A stretch of DNA of 30,497 bases from a virus (lineage: Duplodnaviria; Caudoviricetes): positions 1-30,497 of IMG/VR virus record IMGVR_UViG_3300001866_000283; one strand, given 5' to 3'. Every line of letters begins with the position of its first letter. Position 1 is the first letter of the stretch. The notes below the pieces were generated by a model that was not told the DNA's origin, ran no database searches, and saw only the letters and a list, made by a program, of their open reading frames with translations. Positions 19,012-26,272 of this stretch are shown in pieces. The translations under genes and the position numbers were made by a program.

Positions 19012-20397
19012 TTACTCCTGTGGTTCGCCCGAACCTGCCATAGAAGGCAATTGACCCCGTTTGAGCGCATTCTGCTCCTCAAAGAGCTGCTGCAGTTGCT
19101 CCTTAGAATAGGCTTTCTCGCCCATAGTGCCCCTGTAATCGTTCACCAGAGATGCGCCGTTGATGAATAGGGCTGTTGCCCGGTCCTGCTCATCCTTTCG
19201 GTCTTTCGGCGTCCAGGAGGAGAGATCAAAGTCGATAACGAGGTCATAGCCGTTCACATCCAGGAAATCCGCCTGCCAGAGTTCCTTGAATGCTGTCAGT
19301 GGTACTTCCTGATGCCCGGAGATGACGGCATCCAGGAGAGCCTTGCCTGGGGCGGCTGAAACGCTAACCGCCTGGGCCAGCTGCTCGGTGATGTTCTTGG
19401 CGAAGAAGTGAGAGAGAATTAGCTGTTCGATGAACTTTTCAACTTCCATCGGGTTAAGCGGGACCGGGATGTTGGGATATTTGAAATGCGTGCCAGGAAG
19501 CGCTACTTCGGCCTGATGGCTGGATTGCTTTATGACCATTTCATTGCAGTAGTCCACCAGGGTTTGATAACCGCCTGCAACTGTAAGCCCCTGGGCAGCC
19601 ATTTTGGCCAGGACATCGCCGTCTATCTCAGCTACTTCTTTTGGAGTGCCTACCCGCTTCACGGCCAGCCTGAAGTCGTTGCGGGCCTGCTTGGCAAATT
19701 CAATAGTGGATGCTATTGAATGAAGCATTGAGGTATTCTGAGGAACCCCGAAGTCTTCTATGTGGACTACCTGATCTATCGGGATCTCGATAGGCTCTTT
19801 GTTGGCGTCCACATTCTGGCAGAGGTATAGCTCCGAAGTCCTCACGTCATAGACGACGCCCTTCAGGATCTCATCCTGCATGTATCGGGTGGTGTCGGAG
19901 AATGAAGAGGGAGCCTTATCGAAGCTCTGGCCCTGCAAGTGCTGGAGGCGTGGACCGTACAGGTTGCCTTCGAGCTTGATCTGGATCTTTTCGAAGAATG
20001 CTTGCCTGAAGCTCCATATTCCCAGGCCGGCGGACCGCAGGCATTCCAGGGTCGTGCAGCTCTTGTGCCAGCCGATCTGGGCAAGGTTTCTATCCAGTTG
20101 CTTGAATTGCTTGGCGGCCTGGGCTATCTGATCGCTTTTAGTATCGTCTTCAGGGCCATCGATGCTCACAAAGGTGGGCGTCAGGGTGGAAAAGCAGAGC
20201 CTGCTAAGGAATTGCAGGGATGAAAATATGATAGGCATCTTCCATGCATCAGTGATGAGCTCGGCGGTGATTTCCCTGTCCGCATAGCGATATGGGGCTG
20301 CGGAAATAAAGATCGGCGCGCCGATCATCTTATCCGGACTAGCCTGCACCTTCGCTTCGGTATCCAGCTTCCCGCCCCTGGCTCGATGAATTAGCAT
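19012..20397 (-). CDS. Portal protein
   Basis: 461 aa directly after TerL and before gpF; IPIDQVVHI motif; size is typical. Confidence 0.75.
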   Translation of the reverse strand: MLIHRARGGKLDTEAKVQASPDKMIGAPIFISAAPYRYADREITAELITDAWKMPIIFSSLQFLSRLCFSTLTPTFVSIDGPEDDTKSDQIAQAAKQFKQLDRNLAQIGWHKSCTTLECLRSAGLGIWSFRQAFFEKIQIKLEGNLYGPRLQHLQGQSFDKAPSSFSDTTRYMQDEILKGVVYDVRTSELYLCQNVDANKEPIEIPIDQVVHIEDFGVPQNTSMLHSIASTIEFAKQARNDFRLAVKRVGTPKEVAEIDGDVLAKMAAQGLTVAGGYQTLVDYCNEMVIKQSSHQAEVALPGTHFKYPNIPVPLNPMEVEKFIEQLILSHFFAKNITEQLAQAVSVSAAPGKALLDAVISGHQEVPLTAFKELWQADFLDVNGYDLVIDFDLSSWTPKDRKDEQDRATALFINGASLVNDYRGTMGEKAYSKEQLQQLFEEQNALKRGQLPSMAGSGEPQE

Positions 20398-20421
20398 GAA
20401 ACCTCAGAATAATAATTATGA

Positions 20422-21930
20422 TTACAGAACGTATGGCCGGACCATTGGCTTAGTTGAGAATGTGAGCGTAATCGTCTCTTTGGGCCTGTTTAGTATGCCA
20501 GACACTATCATCTCTATGGAGTCTGGACCGTCATCGAAATCAGCATTGGGAAATGATTTGAACATGTATAGTAGCTTCTTGTATTTCCGTCCCCAGTCGG
20601 AGCGGAAACAGAGCTGCCCGTTATTGTAGTGTGGCAGGAGAGACCGGATCCTGTTCTCCTTGTTGGCCGTGTTCCAGAACATCTCATAGGGCACTACAAG
20701 GCTCTCTTCCTTCTGTCTCTGGCGAAGGAGAATCTCAAATGTGCTTCTGTCGCCTCTCTTCCAGGCATCTTTTGCGATTCCCATGGAATTGGCCTCTATG
20801 CGGAAGAGTTCGTACTTGAACAGCTCATGCTTTTCCAAGATCTTTTCCAGGGATTTCTCTTGGGTCTCGACTGTCAGGTCGCAGTCCCAGACGAGCCAGC
20901 GGTTGTCAGGCAGTATGGCGATCGTACTGATTGCCGCAAAATCATGCCCGCCTTCGCTGGGATCGAGGGCACCGTAAAACTTGCATTGGTCCAGATCGAC
21001 CGTCGCCGGGTCCACGAGCTTCAGGCCGTCGAGGCTAAACATGCTGTATTTGCTGTCTGGAGGCCTCTGCTGCCACATGGCTTCCCATTCGTATGGTCCG
21101 ACCATCGCCTCTTTCTTTCGAAGGGCGACAACATCATATTTCCAGGGCCAAAGCGCGTCACCGGGCTTTCTAGGGTCGTATGGTGGAATGGGGGCTTCTG
21201 CAATCGCTGGAAGGTTGAGTACAGTCCATTGCTCAGCTTCCAGGTCCTCTTCGCCTCTCTTGAGGAGCCTGCCAGCCAGGTCGTCACTGTGCCACCTGGT
21301 GAGGATGATAAGCATCCTGGCTTTCTTTTCTGATCGGGTATAGAAGGTCGAGACGAACCAGTCCCAGGCATTGTCTCTGTATGTCAGGGATTCGGCCTGA
21401 GCCCGATCTTTTACCGGATCATCGATTATGCCTATATCATAGCCCATGCCGGTTATTGCACCGTTGACTCCGGCGCAGACATAGACGCCTCGATGGCCCA
21501 CTATCTCGAAGATGTCATTATTCCTGAGATAATTGCCCTGGGCTGTCGTGCGGATGTTCTTCTCGCTCAGGTTCGTGTTGGGGAAGACGTCCTTGTAGGC
21601 TGGACTGATTATAATCCTCTGGACATCTCGGTTCATCCTGGATGCCAAGTCAGCACCGTAGCTGGTCCCGATAACCTGCAGGTTGGGATCCCGCCCAAAC
21701 GCATATGCAGGAAACATCCTGGAGCCGATCTCAGACTTTCCGGCCCTGGGATGGGTGAATATCATCAGGTTCGAGATCTTCCCGGAGAGAAGATTATCCA
21801 GGTGCTCACAGATGAGGCGGTGATGCCAGTTGATATTATAGTCAGGTCGAAGGTACTGATAGAAATCAATCAGGTGGCGTCTGGCTTTCTCTTGCCGTAT
21901 TTCCTTCAAGCTTGGCGGCCAGAGCCTCAA
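20422..21930 (-). CDS. terL: Terminase large subunit
   Basis: Walker A-like HPRAGKS, Walker B IGIIDDPVK, coupling motif ILTRWH.DDLAGRL, and RNase H-like nuclease acidic motifs ALDPS and DDGPDS. Confidence 0.95.
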   Translation of the reverse strand: MRLWPPSLKEIRQEKARRHLIDFYQYLRPDYNINWHHRLICEHLDNLLSGKISNLMIFTHPRAGKSEIGSRMFPAYAFGRDPNLQVIGTSYGADLASRMNRDVQRIIISPAYKDVFPNTNLSEKNIRTTAQGNYLRNNDIFEIVGHRGVYVCAGVNGAITGMGYDIGIIDDPVKDRAQAESLTYRDNAWDWFVSTFYTRSEKKARMLIILTRWHSDDLAGRLLKRGEEDLEAEQWTVLNLPAIAEAPIPPYDPRKPGDALWPWKYDVVALRKKEAMVGPYEWEAMWQQRPPDSKYSMFSLDGLKLVDPATVDLDQCKFYGALDPSEGGHDFAAISTIAILPDNRWLVWDCDLTVETQEKSLEKILEKHELFKYELFRIEANSMGIAKDAWKRGDRSTFEILLRQRQKEESLVVPYEMFWNTANKENRIRSLLPHYNNGQLCFRSDWGRKYKKLLYMFKSFPNADFDDGPDSIEMIVSGILNRPKETITLTFSTKPMVRPYVL

Positions 21931-22411
21931 GTTGCTTCACCTCTTCGTCGGATAATTTTGATAGGTCTTGCTTGATTTCTATTTTGGTTTCGGATGTCGG
22001 TTTTACAAAATCTATAATCGTTGATAACAACCGTTGAAGGGCTTGACTTGCTGCCAGTCTGTCCCTGGCAGTTTCAAGTGCTATGGGATGTTCACCTACC
22101 TCGCTGGCTTTAATGAGTCTCCTGAGGCTTTCTATTTCCTCGTCGGTATACTTCAGGTACTTGTTAGCCCATTTATCTGCATCATCAAGAATCTTTGAGC
22201 GAACTGCCTCGACCTTGGCGGCGTTATCTGTAGCGGCATCTGCCCGAGCTTTTGCAAGATACCTCTCTACCGAGCGCGCTGTAATTACTATCTTGAATTT
22301 CTTAGATATCTGGTCCTTCAGCGTCCCACCTGAAAGAGCCCGGTTCGTGAAAATGAACTTCTCAATCTCAGGAGTAACTTTCGTATTAGCCAAGAAAACC
22401 ACTATCAACAA
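21866..22411 (-). CDS. Terminase small subunit (probable)
   Basis: N-terminal HTH-like segment (ITARSVERYL), helical core and C-terminal DLSKLSDEEV motif; overlaps the TerL start. Confidence 0.65.
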   Translation of the reverse strand: MLIVVFLANTKVTPEIEKFIFTNRALSGGTLKDQISKKFKIVITARSVERYLAKARADAATDNAAKVEAVRSKILDDADKWANKYLKYTDEEIESLRRLIKASEVGEHPIALETARDRLAASQALQRLLSTIIDFVKPTSETKIEIKQDLSKLSDEEVKQLEALAAKLEGNTARESQTPPD

Positions 22412-22678
22412 ACTTATTACAGATACGACATTTGCGACACAAAACCGACATTTGAATTAGAACGGCAGGCCAGGTCGTATATCACGAAGGCGGGAGGGAG
22501 ATCCGCCAAGAAGAAGAACCCGGCCAGGCCGGTCACGAGGGTGACTATCAGGCTGCCCCTTTCGCAGGAAGCACGCTAACCGCTCACCTTGCGGGCAGCC
22601 ATTTTACATTTTAGCATTATAATTGGGGTTGCTCCGGGCTCCCTTTGAAGGGGCATTGAGCAGTATTCCCGGAGCGCA

Positions 22679-23122
22679 TTATTCATAGATCATGTTGCAT
22701 TTCTCGCAGTACAGGAAGCCGCGACTGTCCATTCGCAGATCTCCGCCACATGGGCATGCATCAAGGCGTAGGAGTTCGCCGTGTTCTGTATAGATTGATA
22801 TTTCGGGATTGTTATTTCGAGGATCGGTATATTCTCTGGCGAGTCGCCCCTGCATCCTGATGACTTTAGGTGGCCGCCAGGACCATTTCGAACGATTGAA
22901 TAGCTTGCCGTTATAGAGAAGCTTGCCGGATTTTTCAGCTACCTGGCACCGGATCGAGAGGTGGCAATGCATGATGCCCCCATTCCAGATAGGTGTGAAT
23001 GCATCATCTTTCTGGAGAGCTTTTAGCTCGGCCCCTGAGTAATTTTCCATCTCCTCATCTATGGGTGTCTGTGTTTTGAGAATATTCTCAAATTTTAGAC
23101 TGTCTGAGTCTGACACATACAC
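22679..23122 (-). CDS. Hypothetical protein with C-terminal Zn ribbon
   Basis: CPCGG...YCEKCN at the C-terminus; lies just upstream of the packaging genes (possible late regulator). Confidence 0.6.
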   Translation of the reverse strand: MYVSDSDSLKFENILKTQTPIDEEMENYSGAELKALQKDDAFTPIWNGGIMHCHLSIRCQVAEKSGKLLYNGKLFNRSKWSWRPPKVIRMQGRLAREYTDPRNNNPEISIYTEHGELLRLDACPCGGDLRMDSRGFLYCEKCNMIYE

Positions 23123-23318
23123 TTGCCCGGCCCCCCTGAAATGCCATGTCCGTCTCGACCTTCTTGGCGGATGCTAACCGCTGTACTGATCGCTGAATCT
23201 TGCCGATGCTCCAGCCCCACTTGCTCATGTCTTTCTTTGCAGCTTTGAGGAGCTGATAGAGATTGGCCCCGGGATGTTCCCGGACCAACGTGAGGACCTG
23301 GTAGTCAGTAAGGTTCAT
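23088..23318 (-). CDS. Winged-helix DNA-binding protein
   Basis: VLTLVREHPGANLYQL...WSIGKIQRSVQRLASAKKVET fits a wHTH pattern. Confidence 0.7.
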   Translation of the reverse strand: MNLTDYQVLTLVREHPGANLYQLLKAAKKDMSKWGWSIGKIQRSVQRLASAKKVETDMAFQGGRASVCVRLRQSKI

Positions 23319-23503
23319 GCTTTGGACTCCATCTTGGCTATACGCCCTTCCCAGAGCTTGATGTTCTTCCGGCAGATCTTGATGTTGTTCTCCATGCGCT
23401 TGAGAGCCAGTTCGTGAGCAGCAAGCATTTCCTTGAAGTAGACCAAGTGGCCCAGGGCCTCTTGTTTCTCAGCTTCACGCTTTTTATTCATGCAGGCCTC
23501 CAT
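23315..23503 (-). CDS. Small coiled-coil hypothetical protein
   Basis: 62 aa; overlapping stop/start coupling with its neighbours. Confidence 0.55.
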   Translation of the reverse strand: MEACMNKKREAEKQEALGHLVYFKEMLAAHELALKRMENNIKICRKNIKLWEGRIAKMESKA

Positions 23504-24035
23504 GGATCTCTATATTCACCGGCTCACCGATGTGGCTTCTGTAGTACTCCTCTTTCTCCGGAGGCCAAGCTGCCCGGATGGTAGTCCAGAGCTGGCCGGA
23601 GGTGAGGAGAAGCAGAACCAGGAACTCCTGGCCCGCTGGCAGAGGGAAGTTGCCGGGCTTACCGGCGAACTTGGTATCCCATTCCAGGAACTCAGGTGAG
23701 AGCTGAGCCCGCCTGACCTTCAGAACGCCGAGGAGCATTGTCTCAGAGATTCTGGCCGTGACTTCCAGTGGCATCTTGGCGTATTCGGCAGAAAACTTGA
23801 TAGTGCACCGGCCCGAGGGATCTTCCTGGAGCTGGGCGTCTTTGGCCATTGCCTGGGCGATCTTGCGCTCCAGAACTTCTCTGAGCCGCGGGTTCGCGTC
23901 GGCCCGGACCAGGCCGTCCGGGTATACCTTAGCCGCGCCTCTCGGGTGGAATATCTCCGCGGATCCGTCCGGGTTTACTGTGCAGTCGAAGCCTTCCTCG
24001 GCTGCATAGTCCTGAGCGACTTGGGCGGGATTCAT
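23484..24035 (-). CDS. Hypothetical protein
   Basis: 183-aa ORF, ATGA-coupled to 24032..24544. Confidence 0.7.
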   Translation of the reverse strand: MNPAQVAQDYAAEEGFDCTVNPDGSAEIFHPRGAAKVYPDGLVRADANPRLREVLERKIAQAMAKDAQLQEDPSGRCTIKFSAEYAKMPLEVTARISETMLLGVLKVRRAQLSPEFLEWDTKFAGKPGNFPLPAGQEFLVLLLLTSGQLWTTIRAAWPPEKEEYYRSHIGEPVNIEIHGGLHE

Positions 24036-24544
24036 GCCTCTGCCCTCATGGCTCTTGGTTTGGTTTTTCTAACCTTCTGACGAACTTCTCCGATTGCTTC
24101 AATGACTGGCTGGAACTCCATGTAGGCATTGTATGTTTCTTGCCAGCTATCGAGCTCATCCAGTGCTTTCTCAAGAACCTGCCTTCGCATCTCGGGGTTG
24201 TTCATTGCCTCAATAATGCCAACATAAGCAGCACCTTTTTGCTCCGGAGGGACTACATGAACAAAAGCCCGGATTGGCCTCTTTGCATCTGTGGTATCTG
24301 TCCGTACAATGACGACGGATCTCAGTATATGCCCAGCCTGCTCCAGTCGATATTGCTCGGCGGCTACAGAATCTTCCCACTCGAAAATATTGTGGTGAGG
24401 GGCATCGATTCTACGTCCATCCTCCAACACATCCCATGCCGTGGGGTGCTTGTCCTGAGAAGACAATTCGAGTATTCTGTTAGCCACGGCTTGCGGATCG
24501 GCTCTATTGGCCCAAGGAAAGCCCTTTTTCCAAGCATACTCCAT
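24032..24544 (-). CDS. Putative accessory protein of the RAMP/array module
   Basis: 170 aa; starts 1 nt after the stop of the RAMP-like gene; conserved-looking HNIFEWEDSVAAEQYRLEQA motif; helical C-terminus. Confidence 0.7.
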   Translation of the reverse strand: MEYAWKKGFPWANRADPQAVANRILELSSQDKHPTAWDVLEDGRRIDAPHHNIFEWEDSVAAEQYRLEQAGHILRSVVIVRTDTTDAKRPIRAFVHVVPPEQKGAAYVGIIEAMNNPEMRRQVLEKALDELDSWQETYNAYMEFQPVIEAIGEVRQKVRKTKPRAMRAEA

Positions 24545-25171
24545 CTATGCCACACCCCCTGTCTCGATTTGCTTTGAGGTATCTACTTCGAAGCATCCGT
24601 ATGTTCCCGACAGAACTTTAGGGGCTGATGGCCGCCATTCTCCAATGCCAACCATTCCGGCAGCATTAACGAGCGAAATTATGTCCTCGACCTTGAGGAT
24701 ATTAGCATTGAAAGTGATTGAGAGGGTTGCAGACCATTCAGGAAACTCGGCCCGATATCTGAGATCGGCCACGCCTGTTTCTAAGCGAACTGGATCTTCT
24801 CTCATGTGGTGTTCGCCCTCGATTCGCACCAAGTAGCCGTTGACTCTGATGATGGTTTTTGCTAGAGTCATTGGCAGGCCGTCAAACATTCGGCAGGCTC
24901 CGACAATCGCTGCCTTAAACCCCGGTGCGGGAAAACCCGGCTTGCCATCCGGCATTAGGTACAATGACGCCTTGTAGTCGGCTTCCGGATCTTTGGGCTC
25001 CTTTTTAGCCTTCGGGGCATTCTTCCCTGCCATTTGCTTTTCAAGCATCTGGCGTTTGGCTTTGGCGCTCCAGTTATGTACTATGAGAGGCGTTATGCCT
25101 TTGATCGGAACCTTTACAGTTTCCAGTTTTAAGGACTGGATTGTTACTACTTTATCTCCACCTTTTGGCAT
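24545..25171 (-). CDS. Stand-alone RAMP/Cas7-like RNA-binding protein
   Basis: 208 aa with RAMP-style motifs in order: first strand IKGITPLIVH, P-x-x-x-F-K helix (FPAPGFKAAI), R-x-EF strand (RYRAEFPEW), and a C-terminal Gly-rich loop plus strand (GMVGIGEWRP...GTYGCFEV). GGAGG SD at 25181-25185. No other cas genes in the window. Confidence 0.75.
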   Translation of the reverse strand: MPKGGDKVVTIQSLKLETVKVPIKGITPLIVHNWSAKAKRQMLEKQMAGKNAPKAKKEPKDPEADYKASLYLMPDGKPGFPAPGFKAAIVGACRMFDGLPMTLAKTIIRVNGYLVRIEGEHHMREDPVRLETGVADLRYRAEFPEWSATLSITFNANILKVEDIISLVNAAGMVGIGEWRPSAPKVLSGTYGCFEVDTSKQIETGGVA

Positions 25172-25199
25172 TGTTAATTTCCTCCGCGAATTTTATTAC

Positions 25200-25517
25200 G
25201 AGACTGGCGCAACAAGGCGCAGCGAGACCGGACTTAACTTGACATGACTGGCATGTCCTGACGGAACCAGGCTTGACCCGACGCAAGGGGACATGACTCG
25301 ACTGGCCTGCCGGGACTTAGCCTGACGAAACCCGACCTGACTCGACAGAGCCCGACTGGCTTGCCAGGACCGGACGCAGCAGGACCTAGCAAGGCAGAAC
25401 GCAACTCGACTTGACTCGACTGGCAGGACTTGGCCCAACTCGACATAGCTCGGGGCGACATGACAGGGCTTGACATGACTGGACTGGCCTGACAGAACTC
25501 GACTAGCAAGACAAAAC
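25200..25517 (-). ncRNA. Array of GYY-NN pentamers in units delimited by GCCA (putative guide RNA array)
   Basis: On the minus strand, GCCAGTC recurs (+ strand gactggc at 25202, 25246, 25300, 25354, 25418, 25482) with spacings 44, 54, 54, 64, 64. Between delimiters lie 8, 10, 10, 12, 12 in-register pentamers; 47 of 52 begin GYY and 29 begin GTC. The repeat structure is directly seen; its being an RNA is inferred. Confidence 0.8.
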
Positions 25518-25558
25518 GATGCACCTGACTCTTCCAGGATTTTCGTGATGGGTGCATC
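25518..25558 (-). other. Inverted repeat/hairpin at the 5' end of the array
   Basis: GATGCACC (25518-25525) and GGTGCATC (25551-25558) form a perfect 8-bp stem directly abutting the first pentamer. Confidence 0.5.
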
Positions 25559-25569
25559 CAAAGTATCGG

Positions 25570-25953
25570 TCAAGCAGCCTCCGCTTTCGCCTTTGGTGCT
25601 GCTTTGTTCAACCTGACCAATCGCAACAATGCGTCTTTTTCGTTCTTGGCCCAAACGAAGTACGTCGTGCCCTCGTGCGTGCCTTCCTGGATGCCTTCTG
25701 TGGCGGCAGGCGGCCAGGTGAGGCTGACTGTTGCCGGTAGTTGCGGCTCTCCTCCGATGATCTCGACCAGGATCTGGTAGGGCTGCAGGCCGGCTTCGAT
25801 CTGCTCTCGATATGGGTCTGTTTCCCGGCTGATGATCTCCGCACCAGGATCGAGCTGCCTGACGATGGCCAGGGTTTTCTTCAGCAGGAGGACATCCGTG
25901 TATGGTCCTGCCCAGTCGTCCCCCAGTTCCGTGGCAATTGCGTACATCTTCAT
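25570..25953 (-). CDS. Hypothetical protein whose C-terminal motif matches array unit 2
   Basis: Track ORF 25570..25986; the likely start is MKMYAIATE after a GGTGGAG SD. The C-terminus contains EKDALLRLVRLN. Confidence 0.75.
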   Translation of the reverse strand: MKMYAIATELGDDWAGPYTDVLLLKKTLAIVRQLDPGAEIISRETDPYREQIEAGLQPYQILVEIIGGEPQLPATVSLTWPPAATEGIQEGTHEGTTYFVWAKNEKDALLRLVRLNKAAPKAKAEAA

Positions 25954-25994
25954 CTTTGATACTCCACCAAACTTGATTTGAATCAACTGCGTTT

Positions 25995-26250
25995 CCTTGA
26001 CATCTTGTCAAGGTGCTCTTCTCTCTCTGGGACCCCCGGAACCCCCGGACTATCCCCCTGGACAAAGACACGATACACTAACCTTGACAAACTGTCAATA
26101 TGATACAGTAGACCTGATTTATCTTCTAAGGCAATTTATCTCTAGGATAATCCCTCCTGGGAAAATCGCCCCGTCTCGGCTCCACTTGGAGCTTCATGGG
26201 AGCACCTTGACAAACTGTCAAGGTCGTCGTTTTCTTGACAAGATGTCAAT
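25995..26250. promoter_or_regulatory. Four TTGACA-N3-TGTCAA palindromes around an AT-rich core (origin iterons or operators)
   Basis: Copies begin at 25997, 26084, 26207 and 26235 in a non-coding gap; AT-rich stretch at ~26096-26150. Confidence 0.75.
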
Positions 26251-26272
26251 ATGAAACAGCGGGCCTTGTGCA

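Noticed and set aside
22530-22600. Hammerhead-like CUGA and GAAA elements on the minus strand
   Set aside because: The core is CUGAUAG rather than CUGANGA, and the following stem is not closed by GAAA.
25200-25517. Canonical CRISPR array or simple microsatellite
   Set aside because: There are no 23-47-bp identical repeats with unique spacers and no cas1/cas2. Variation is concentrated at two fixed positions per pentamer with no slippage indels, unlike a decaying microsatellite.
25196-26071. 291-aa and 107-aa minus-strand ORFs running through the array
   Set aside because: Their low-complexity S/R/V/C translation arises from the 5-nt periodic repeat, and the longer ORF overlaps a better gene in another frame. 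A period of 5 is inconsistent with protein-level selection.
25997-26249. TTGACA hexamers as sigma70 -35 boxes
   Set aside because: Each is half of a TTGACA-N3-TGTCAA palindrome, and I saw no consistent -10 box. A dimer-binding site explains them better.
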